NCBI GenBank assembly: GCA_964404855.1
Contig: CAYOLO010000001.1
Coordinates: 297,322-361,321 of the forward strand
From: an uncultured Gammaproteobacteria bacterium
GTDB taxonomy: Bacteria; Patescibacteriota; Microgenomatia; CAYQLK01
Length of the DNA stretch: 64,000 bases
Direction of reading: 5' to 3'
Positions 27,993 to 36,699 of the stretch are shown here, one piece after another (the stretch's first letter is position 1; each line of letters begins with the position of its first letter). Below the pieces are notes generated by a model. The model worked only from the letters and a program-made list of their open reading frames with translations, was not told the origin of the DNA and did not search any database. Both the position numbers and the translations under genes were made by a program.

Positions 27993-28925
27993 CTAGTTGT
28001 CAATTGGCTTTTTGGACTTTTTGAAGACTTTGATGCTAAGAATAATTGCAGTTAGTAAAAGTACTATTGTAATTAGTGGATAAGCGATATATCCAAGTGA
28101 GGGAATAATATAAATTGTGAATTCTTGAGATGTGTACTTAACACCATTGTCCCCAGTGACGGTGGAGCTTACCTTGTAGATGCCTGGAGTGGTGTCGGTT
28201 ATGTAGATTGCTGGTGGAATATTTTTTTCGAGAGTTGTTGTCATTTGTCTGACAGCTCCCGCTAAGATGTTTTGGGGAATAATCGGGATTATTTTTTGGC
28301 TTTTGCTATCAATTATCGAAGTCAAAACTATGGAACCTTCGATAGTTTGAAATTTATTTAGATTGTTTTGAACAGTGAGAGAAAGAGTAGATTTACCGAT
28401 TTGCTGAATTTTTTCTCCCGTTAAGGATATTTTGATATCACCTTCGATTTTTTTCTTGTCAAAAAGTGAAAGGATGATGTTTGAAGCTACAGACGGTTGG
28501 ATAGTAGCGGAGCTTTTTTTGGAATCAGGTTCAGGTGAAATTGGAGAGGCTAAAATTGCAAAATAAAAATCTTGTTCTTCAATTGTTTCAGGAACATTGA
28601 TGCGAAACCCGATTGTTTGATCTTCAGCACTGGTTGCTTTGGTAATTGGCGGGAAAAACTGCACCCATTTTGTAACAGGGTAGTTGGGGTTATCGGGTAA
28701 GAGTTTGATAAGGCCTTGAGTGCCATCGGCTTCAAATTGGCGAATGCTGAATTGATAAGTACTACCGGTATCGGCGGAAAACTTAAAAGTGCCATTAATG
28801 CCATTACCTGGTTTGCCTTTTATTTCGAAATGAGAGGGTTCAATCGCGACGGTCGAAGCATTAACTACATTATATATGGAGAAAAAAATTATTAAGCTAA
28901 AAAGCGGGGCAAGGACTTTTTTCAT
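27993..28925 (-). CDS. cell-surface protein: signal peptide, two beta-rich domains, C-terminal TM anchor + KKSKK tail (CscA/DUF916-DUF3324-like architecture, tentative)
   Basis: MKKVLAPLFSLIIFFSIYNVVNA signal. C-terminus YPLITIVLLLTAIILSIKVFKKSKK. Confidence 0.6.
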   Translation of the reverse strand: MKKVLAPLFSLIIFFSIYNVVNASTVAIEPSHFEIKGKPGNGINGTFKFSADTGSTYQFSIRQFEADGTQGLIKLLPDNPNYPVTKWVQFFPPITKATSAEDQTIGFRINVPETIEEQDFYFAILASPISPEPDSKKSSATIQPSVASNIILSLFDKKKIEGDIKISLTGEKIQQIGKSTLSLTVQNNLNKFQTIEGSIVLTSIIDSKSQKIIPIIPQNILAGAVRQMTTTLEKNIPPAIYITDTTPGIYKVSSTVTGDNGVKYTSQEFTIYIIPSLGYIAYPLITIVLLLTAIILSIKVFKKSKKPIDN

Positions 28926-28940
28926 TGGTTGTATTTTAGC

Positions 28941-31900
28941 TTAGTAGGTTCCGGTTAGGATATAGGTGACTTTTGTTTCATAATTACCAGCTTCTTGAGC
29001 AGAACTCACATTGACTTTGTAGGTAACAGTTATTTCACTGTCATTAGTTGTGCCGACATTGGACATAACGGCGACTGGGCTTTCTGCAAAAGCTAAGTCT
29101 GCAAAATGGCGGTAGTTACTGGTAAAGGCTGCATCAGTGCCAGTGACATTGGCTAAAGTGTAACCGAAACCATAAGTGGTGCTTGATGACCAAGCGCCAG
29201 CTGAGGTATGAGTAATATTGCTTGCGTCGCCAAGAACATCAGGGATATAGAATCCGGCGTAGTTAATATTGGCAAGCCTTGTTACTTCTTGAGCGGTTAC
29301 TTGATAGCCGCCTGGGGCATCAGAGACGACTTGTAGATTGTGATTGTTGGTAGCTGGAGTACCTGGAGTAAGAGTACCAAAGGCGATTGTGGTTGAAGAA
29401 ATTGTTAGCTCGAGTCGATTGGAGCCAATATTCCAGTATTGAAAACCAGAACCAAGGTCGTAGTTGGTTGATTCTCCTGGTCCAGCTGCTAGTACGCCAC
29501 CTGTATCTGTAAGTGTGTAATTAGTGGACGATTTTCTGTCGCCGAAACTACCAAATGCTCCATCCATTTCGAAGTTGGTTGAGACTAGTTTGCCTGAACC
29601 AGCAGGTGGTGGGTCAGCGGTGGTGTTGGCAGTGTCACTTCCTGTATCAGTACCATCGTTGGCATCTGTGTAGCTGAGGGTAATAACATCATCTAGGACC
29701 ATTTCGATGTTATTGTTCGAGGTTGTGTATGTTCCCCACGCTGAAGTAATACTGCCTCGGAAAATAGCTGTGGAGTTGCCGGTTTCGGTTAAAGTTTTGG
29801 TTTCGGAATCGCCAGTGGTAGTGGTAATGCTTACAGATAGTGTTTCGGCGCTGCCGCCGTTAAGGTTAACGGAAACATCAGTAACAGTCATATAAATAGT
29901 GTCGCCTTGAGTGAAGTTGTTGTCCTCGGAATATCCGCTGTCTGTTAATAGAATGGTATTTGAGTCGTAGTTGAAGTCGCCAGCGTTGGTCATAAGTCCG
30001 CCGTTATTACATACAGTGCCGGTGACATCAAGAGAGAAGCTGTCTAGATCGTAAGTACCGGTTATGATACAGAAATTTTCGTTGACTGTGGTGTTAACTT
30101 GTTGAGTGAAAGTATCAGTGTTGCCATCGTCAGAGTCGATTGTGAGGTTGCGCCATGTGTAGTTTGGAATATTGTAGACATCAGCAACTGTGTCGTTATC
30201 GCCAACAAAAATTACATAAGATCCGACCGAAAGAGTAGGTGTGGTTGGCAGTTCGTTACCTTCCATTTGTAGTGTATCGGCTACAGTAAATGTTGAACCA
30301 CAGTTGAAGTCAAAGGAGTTGAGGAAGAATGTACCGTCGGTGATTGTACAGGTTGAGCCAGTAGTGAAGTCTGTTGCCATTTGAGCAGTACCTGAGGATT
30401 TGTTGACGGTAAATACGCCTGACATTGTTCCGGCGTTTTGAGTGATGTTTTGGGTTGTGGCTGTACCACCCATGGTAAGTGTAAGATTGGCACCACCAAA
30501 GGTGTCGGTCGTACTCATTGAGAAATCACCTTGGACGGTCATGGTGTAGGCAGATCCTGGGTTTGAAAAAGCTCCGTCTGTGCGCGTGAAGTCATCGGTA
30601 ATTGTACAGGTGCTGGCGAGTGTTAGTGTGGAGCCTGCGTGGGTCATATTTTGTTCAACTGCACCCGTAATTGTGCCGCCTTCACAGTCAAGCGTGGAAT
30701 CAGTGTCTACGCCACCGTCTTCAAAAACCAATGTATTGCCTGCAACAACCAGAGTGCCACCAGAATCTTTAAGCACACTACCTCGAGTCGTAATTGTGGT
30801 TCCAGTCATTGAACCATTAACCGTAATTGAGCCGTATGTCGTGACACTGGCAACCATTGTAATTACACAACTTGCACTTAAGGTAAAGTCAGCTCCTTGA
30901 ATGGTTTTGGCAATATTGTGGGTACCAGCAAGGGTAGTAGAACAAGTAAGAGTAGAATCGTCGGTAGTGTCGGCGCCATCAAAAGTTAAGGTTTTGCCAC
31001 TAAGGTTGAATGTTGTTCCAGATGTATGGGTATAGTCTTTTTCAAGGGTAATTATTGTTCCAGAGTAGGTCATCGTAGCGGAGGCTCCATTGGTAAGACT
31101 ACCTCCATTGCCAGAAGTGGAATCCAGATTAAAAGTACTTCCAGAAATATTAGTTGTACCATTGTTGACATAGTTACCTGTCATTGAGATTGTTGTTACA
31201 GCAACAATACAACTGGTGTTAATTGTGACGGTTGCTCCGCCAGTTTTGTTAAAAGCTAAAGTTCCACCTAGGGTTCCACAGATAACTGTACTGTTGTCAG
31301 AACTACTTGACCCGTCGAGGGTAACAGTAATGCCTGTAAGGTTAAAAGTTCCGCTTTGGGTAAAATCACCCTCAATTGTCATGGCAGTTCCAGAGTAGGT
31401 AATTGTTGCACCACCATTATTGGTTAAATCTCCTTCGCCGCCAGTAAGATTATCGAGATTAAAAGTTGTACCACCATTATTAATCGTGCCGTTATTGATA
31501 ATATTTCCTGTCATCGAGATACCTGAACCTGGGGAGGCAACGGTACATCCGCTACCAATGGTGATGTCACCGTCACCGGTTTTGTTAAAACCAATACTGC
31601 CGCCAATTGTGCCTGAACAGGTGACAGTTGAGTCGTCGGAGGTTGTACTGCCGTCTAATGAAATTGTTCCGCCGTTATGAGTGTATGTGCCGTCATTAGT
31701 GAAGTTTTTGGCTACAGTCATTGCGACAGTTGCAGAATTTTGATAAGTCGCACTGGTGTTAATCAAAAAGTTTCCGTTTACATCGACTGTTGGATCGTTG
31801 GTGTCGGCGTTGACGGTTACTGAGTTAGTGTCATCGCCAATGGTTAAGTTGTTAGCTATGGTTATTGTTTGTGACGCTCCTGAGCCAAGAGTGTATGTGG

Positions 31901-34900
31901 CACTAGCTGCACTTGGTTCGAATGAGAGATTATATAGACTAATTGTGCCTGAACCACCGAAGGTTGGGGTGGCGCTGGCAGCTGTTTTGGCACTAAAGGT
32001 ACCACTAGCGCTTTGGGTAATGGAACCGCTAATTGAGACATCGCCCGAGCCTGCAGTGGTGGAGCCGACGGTGATATTGTTGGTACCAAGAGCAAATGTT
32101 CCAGTTGTGACAGTTAAATCGCCATTGGCTGTAATTGTACCCCCAGCGTTGAATGTTTCAGAAGCGTTAAGGGTTAGATTAGTAAATGTTAGAGTTGGAA
32201 TTGTGGTGTCTCCGGAACCGTTGTTGCCGGTAAATGCAAAGGTCGAAGTGCTACCAGTTAGGGTGGAGGAGGCGTTGACGGCTGTTGGAGTGCCGTCAGT
32301 GCCAGAAAGTGTCCAAGTACGGTTGCCGGCATCAAGAACTGTTGGGGCAGAGTCGCCGCCTTCGCCAAGTGTTAAGTCACCAGTAACATTAATTGCGCCA
32401 GTACCGCCTGTTTGGGTGGTAATTGTTCTTGAGGAGCCTGAGGAATTGGAAAATGTAAGGTTGACGAAATTCCAAGCAGTGGCACCCGAGGTAGCGCCAA
32501 AGTTTTGGGCTGCGGCCACTCTTTGTTTGAATGTACTTGTGCCTGTGTAGTTAATCGTACCGCCACCGGAAATTGCACCATTTACTGTAGTAGTTACCGA
32601 GGTTGAACTGCCAATTGTTCCTGTAACTACAAGCGAATTAGTAACAGTCATTGAAGAAGTTACTGTAGTAGTGAAGGTATTACTGATTGTTAGATTATAA
32701 ATTGCGATTGCACCAGAACCACCGCCAATATTGCCCGTACCGTTCATTGTGACGGTTGGTGTGCCAGCAGTGTTGGCGACTGCGCCAGTTGAAGTAGTTG
32801 TAATGTCACCACCAGCTATTGTCGTGTCGGCGTTAATATTAAGGGTGGCGCCAGCATCTACGAGAATGTCTCTCGACATAGCGTTGGTGGCGCTGCCGAG
32901 CGTGGCTGTAGCGCTGTCGTCGACATGAAAGTCAGCTGTTCCATTAGTCGTAACTGTTCCGTTTGGGGTGTAGGTTTTGCCGGTAAAAACTAATAGCTCT
33001 ATACCACTAGTAACGCTAAGGTTGTTACTCGATACAGTATATGGGATATCGCCATCATTACCGCTATCGTAGGTGTCCATATCGGTATTATCAACAGCTG
33101 TGGCGTCGTCAGATGTTACCGTCACAGTATTGGTATAGACAATATTACCTGTTGAGTTGCCAGAGCCATCAAATCTGATTACTGTTGCTCCGTCTGTGGC
33201 GTCATTATCAATCCAAACGACGATGCCTTCGCCGGCTGCTGGAGCAGAAATGGTCGCGTCAGAAAAAGCACCAGTTGAGTCATTACAGAAGGTTGTGGTG
33301 GTGACGCCGTTGCTGCGGATTGCTACATTGTAAGTTGGAGTGGTGTGATCACAGAGAGCTGGTGCCGAAGAAGTGCCCGCAGTATAGACATTACCTGACA
33401 CAGTGATTGGGTCGGCAGGGATAGACACGCTTGGGTAGGTGCAAGCTGACGAAAGACAGTCCGTAACTCCAGAAGGATTGTAAGTAAATACAGGCGTTAA
33501 TTGGTCGTTATCGTAAGCGCGGAAATAGTAGGTGGTAGCGGCGGCAACATCTTCGGCTTTTAGGGGATAGTCTACTTCCAGTATTGCCGAGGCAGAGTGG
33601 TCCATGTTGGCTCCAGCTGCAGCGTCTTTGTCAGATGTATAAGTGCCGTTTTGGGTTGTACCTGTTAGTGCGCTAGAGCCTACTGCGGTGTTGTCTGAAC
33701 AAGAACCACAGGTTTCTCCGCTAGTAGCGTAGCGCCAGACTGCAGATGTTTCTCCCGTGTCGCCAACATCAGTCCAAGTGCAAGTATCAGGGACGGTTGA
33801 TGGGGTACATCCGGAGGTGTATTGGAGTTTTTTTCTGGCGTCAGTTTGAGCTACGGCACCTCTTTCGTAATATTGCATTCTAAGGCGAATAAATTCTTCT
33901 TTGGCGACACTGCCTGTAGTGTTTTCTGCGGCCACTCCAGAAGATGGCGTGTTATTTGTTTCATCGTTATAGAATCGCCAATTGCGCTGCCAAGGTGTAT
34001 AGATTTTCCAAGTAAACTCATAGCTAAATGCCGAACCTTCGCCTCCGGTAGTACCGTCTGGAGCGGATGCGTTAGGGCAGGCAAGACCGTACATTGAGCC
34101 GTTGACTTCGACATCAGCTTGGGCAGTGCCACCAAAGCTTGAGCCGGTCCAAAGCTGGGCATACATGTCACAGTCAACATCGACAGTAAGCATCATGATG
34201 TCATCGGTATTTTCGTTCGGATAGAGTCTTATCCCTAATGAGTCATCTGATGTGGTAACGCCTGTTCTGGTCTTAGTGCCGTAACTAGAGGTTGGAGTGT
34301 AGGTCATAAAGTTACCGTCAGTTGTGGTACCTCCGTCGTTATAAACGACCAAACCAAGCCCTGATGTGCCACCAGCCTGTTGGCGCTGAAATACCGACGA
34401 AGATTGTTTGGCGTTTAATGTTTCTGTTCCTGTATCTGGACAGTTGGTAGTGTTGACACCGCCACTACACTCTGTCCAGCCGTTTGTGGAGTTGTCTGCC
34501 CGCCAGACGGCATGACTATAGTCGTCACCTGAGGTTCCAGTAGAGACCATAATCCTACTACTAGTCGGGTCGCCGTTTGTTTCTATCCAGAATCCAGCAC
34601 TCGCGTCAGTAAAGGCGTTATTCTCTCCACCCCAGCCTGAGCCAACGGTATAGACTTGATAGTTAACGTTGCTGTTTGTTGTGTGGAGATAGTTGACAAT
34701 GAATGTGTTGCTACTGCCACCACCTTGCCAAGCACCGTCAAAACATTGAGCAACAGTACATCCGGTTAGTCCTGCATCCAGTGCGGCAGAGAGACAGCTG
34801 AATGAACTGCCGTCCCAATAGCAAGCGAAAAGGTCGGAGTTAGTATCGGCAATTAGTACCATAATTCGATTAGATCTTTTGTCAGCGAGACGGCTACCAT

Positions 34901-36611
34901 CACTGATTACGCGAATCCATTGAGGTGTGCCGCCCGTACCTCCTGTGTGGAAGTCGACTTCGTTAGTAGCAGATGGTGATCCTGGAGAGGAGTCTGGTGA
35001 CCAAGCTGAACCATCCCAGAGTGCGTAGTAGAATTTGTCAGTAACACTATCTCCGTAGACAACCATTGCTCGACCGGAGAGTGATTCGTAGGCTATATCA
35101 AAAGCTCTTTCACAAGTGCTGGCGGTTTGAGCAGTATCACAGTCTTGGGTTGGTGTTGTGCCTGGATTGTTCCATTGAGCGGTAAAGTCTCCGTTGGCGT
35201 CACATCCTGTCGTACATGTTTCGACATATAAATCCCCGTTGACTTTGAGAGTGCCGATTATTTCTTCTTCTCTGGTTGGGGAAGTTTCAGCTACAGTCCA
35301 AAGTATAAAGCTAGTACTATTGGCGGCACCGTTAAATTCCGACCCAAAAGTTGAAGTTGAGGTAAAGGTTTTTCCTCTTAGGACGCCGTTAGTAGCTGAG
35401 GTATCGCCGTAAAATAAGTTACCGTTGGCTGTAACAGCGTCAGAGGCGATTTGCCACTCTCTGATTTCGCCAAAATCACCAATGATTAAAGGACCAAGGA
35501 GAAAAAACTCTGGACTGATATCTGGAGCGTCGAAGATATAACTAAGATTAAGTGTTTGCCCAGCAACAAGACTTGCTTGCCAAGTGAGTTTTTTGTCGTC
35601 ACCTTCGGTTGATTCAGTAAATACACCTTGTGATTTAGTGATAATAAAATTACTTGGAACTGTTTCAATAATTGTGCCTGTGTAGTTAGTATTGGCGGTA
35701 ATTTGCAGACTGACTTTGTAGTTAGCAGGAGGATAGATACGAGATGGGCCGGAACGTTTAATGATAAATGGATTATTTCCATTTACTTCGAAGAAGTCAT
35801 TAATTGTTCTGGTACCGTTTTTTGTTTCTGCCGAGTATTTGATGGTGTATGTGCCTATTTCGTCGCCGATTTGATATTCAGAAGAGTAGTCTGGGATATC
35901 AGTGATGTTATCAAGTCCACATTCACCGCTGGGGTTAATTTGACCATCTTTGGACGAGAGAATGCTGGTGTTTTTGGAAGGAGTAGTTATTTCGACAGTT
36001 AATTTGGCATCACAAATCGTGTGTCCTAAGTCGTCGACAGTTCCAAAGGATAGTTTGGCTAAATCATTAGGAGAGTAAATAGTTTGGTCGAAGTTAATTG
36101 CTAATACTCCCCATGTGAAATCTTGTTTAATATTTTTGATTTGCCCGTTTTTTTCTATTTCAACATCAAGTGTATATTTTCCTGGAGTAAATGAGCTTGC
36201 AGTGATTGTGTTGGTGTGAATATTGAATTCATTGGAGTTTTGTTTGATTGAAGTACCAATATTCTTAGCAATATTTCCATCAGGTTTTAAAATTTGAGCC
36301 TTAATATTATTGGAGGATAGAATTTGGGTCTCGTTGAGTTTGAGTTTGAATGTAGGGGACTCATCGACTCTAAAAGAGTTTTTTGGAAGTTCGACTACTG
36401 CTTTTGGATAAATTTCTGATTTGGGTAATGATTTAAAAACTAGAACAGTGCTTGCAATGATAATTAAGACAAAAATAAAAGCAAAAACAGTTTTAGAGTG
36501 GTCGGTTATTTTTTTGACCCTGCTAGTGGTGGAAAGTATTAGGTGGGCTTGAGGCTGAAGGGTAAAATTTTTTCTACGAAAAGGGTAGAAGTTTGGCAGG
36601 ATAGTTTTCAC
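28941..36611 (-). CDS. giant (2556 aa) N-terminally anchored surface protein: beta-helix/adhesin-like Thr/Gly/Ser/Asn-rich repeats, and a C-terminal domain homologous to the three small paralogues
   Basis: N-terminal signal-anchor FAFIFVLIIIASTVLVF. Long G/T/S/N-rich repeats. The C-terminus ...AGAWSSSTTYGFGYT...AQEAGNYETKVTYILTGTY resembles the paralogues' ...TTWSTPTSGGHFGFTST...TQPAGTYTNTLTYTSYGIF. Confidence 0.75.
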   Translation of the reverse strand: MKTILPNFYPFRRKNFTLQPQAHLILSTTSRVKKITDHSKTVFAFIFVLIIIASTVLVFKSLPKSEIYPKAVVELPKNSFRVDESPTFKLKLNETQILSSNNIKAQILKPDGNIAKNIGTSIKQNSNEFNIHTNTITASSFTPGKYTLDVEIEKNGQIKNIKQDFTWGVLAINFDQTIYSPNDLAKLSFGTVDDLGHTICDAKLTVEITTPSKNTSILSSKDGQINPSGECGLDNITDIPDYSSEYQIGDEIGTYTIKYSAETKNGTRTINDFFEVNGNNPFIIKRSGPSRIYPPANYKVSLQITANTNYTGTIIETVPSNFIITKSQGVFTESTEGDDKKLTWQASLVAGQTLNLSYIFDAPDISPEFFLLGPLIIGDFGEIREWQIASDAVTANGNLFYGDTSATNGVLRGKTFTSTSTFGSEFNGAANSTSFILWTVAETSPTREEEIIGTLKVNGDLYVETCTTGCDANGDFTAQWNNPGTTPTQDCDTAQTASTCERAFDIAYESLSGRAMVVYGDSVTDKFYYALWDGSAWSPDSSPGSPSATNEVDFHTGGTGGTPQWIRVISDGSRLADKRSNRIMVLIADTNSDLFACYWDGSSFSCLSAALDAGLTGCTVAQCFDGAWQGGGSSNTFIVNYLHTTNSNVNYQVYTVGSGWGGENNAFTDASAGFWIETNGDPTSSRIMVSTGTSGDDYSHAVWRADNSTNGWTECSGGVNTTNCPDTGTETLNAKQSSSVFQRQQAGGTSGLGLVVYNDGGTTTDGNFMTYTPTSSYGTKTRTGVTTSDDSLGIRLYPNENTDDIMMLTVDVDCDMYAQLWTGSSFGGTAQADVEVNGSMYGLACPNASAPDGTTGGEGSAFSYEFTWKIYTPWQRNWRFYNDETNNTPSSGVAAENTTGSVAKEEFIRLRMQYYERGAVAQTDARKKLQYTSGCTPSTVPDTCTWTDVGDTGETSAVWRYATSGETCGSCSDNTAVGSSALTGTTQNGTYTSDKDAAAGANMDHSASAILEVDYPLKAEDVAAATTYYFRAYDNDQLTPVFTYNPSGVTDCLSSACTYPSVSIPADPITVSGNVYTAGTSSAPALCDHTTPTYNVAIRSNGVTTTTFCNDSTGAFSDATISAPAAGEGIVVWIDNDATDGATVIRFDGSGNSTGNIVYTNTVTVTSDDATAVDNTDMDTYDSGNDGDIPYTVSSNNLSVTSGIELLVFTGKTYTPNGTVTTNGTADFHVDDSATATLGSATNAMSRDILVDAGATLNINADTTIAGGDITTTSTGAVANTAGTPTVTMNGTGNIGGGSGAIAIYNLTISNTFTTTVTSSMTVTNSLVVTGTIGSSTSVTTTVNGAISGGGTINYTGTSTFKQRVAAAQNFGATSGATAWNFVNLTFSNSSGSSRTITTQTGGTGAINVTGDLTLGEGGDSAPTVLDAGNRTWTLSGTDGTPTAVNASSTLTGSTSTFAFTGNNGSGDTTIPTLTFTNLTLNASETFNAGGTITANGDLTVTTGTFALGTNNITVGSTTAGSGDVSISGSITQSASGTFSAKTAASATPTFGGSGTISLYNLSFEPSAASATYTLGSGASQTITIANNLTIGDDTNSVTVNADTNDPTVDVNGNFLINTSATYQNSATVAMTVAKNFTNDGTYTHNGGTISLDGSTTSDDSTVTCSGTIGGSIGFNKTGDGDITIGSGCTVASPGSGISMTGNIINNGTINNGGTTFNLDNLTGGEGDLTNNGGATITYSGTAMTIEGDFTQSGTFNLTGITVTLDGSSSSDNSTVICGTLGGTLAFNKTGGATVTINTSCIVAVTTISMTGNYVNNGTTNISGSTFNLDSTSGNGGSLTNGASATMTYSGTIITLEKDYTHTSGTTFNLSGKTLTFDGADTTDDSTLTCSTTLAGTHNIAKTIQGADFTLSASCVITMVASVTTYGSITVNGSMTGTTITTRGSVLKDSGGTLVVAGNTLVFEDGGVDTDSTLDCEGGTITGAVEQNMTHAGSTLTLASTCTITDDFTRTDGAFSNPGSAYTMTVQGDFSMSTTDTFGGANLTLTMGGTATTQNITQNAGTMSGVFTVNKSSGTAQMATDFTTGSTCTITDGTFFLNSFDFNCGSTFTVADTLQMEGNELPTTPTLSVGSYVIFVGDNDTVADVYNIPNYTWRNLTIDSDDGNTDTFTQQVNTTVNENFCIITGTYDLDSFSLDVTGTVCNNGGLMTNAGDFNYDSNTILLTDSGYSEDNNFTQGDTIYMTVTDVSVNLNGGSAETLSVSITTTTGDSETKTLTETGNSTAIFRGSITSAWGTYTTSNNNIEMVLDDVITLSYTDANDGTDTGSDTANTTADPPPAGSGKLVSTNFEMDGAFGSFGDRKSSTNYTLTDTGGVLAAGPGESTNYDLGSGFQYWNIGSNRLELTISSTTIAFGTLTPGTPATNNHNLQVVSDAPGGYQVTAQEVTRLANINYAGFYIPDVLGDASNITHTSAGAWSSSTTYGFGYTLANVTGTDAAFTSNYRHFADLAFAESPVAVMSNVGTTNDSEITVTYKVNVSSAQEAGNYETKVTYILTGTY

Positions 36612-36699
36612 TATTTAATTGTATAGAAAGTTGAGCACAAATTGAACAGCTAAAGTAAGACGCTATTATATATGGTTATCTACGTGATGATATTTGAGC

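Noticed and set aside
29707-35412. Numerous plus-strand or alternative-frame ORFs inside the 2556-aa gene (for example 31756..32550, 30580..30900, 33822..34097)
   Set aside because: Same antisense-frame artefact. No start context, low-complexity Pro/Val composition.
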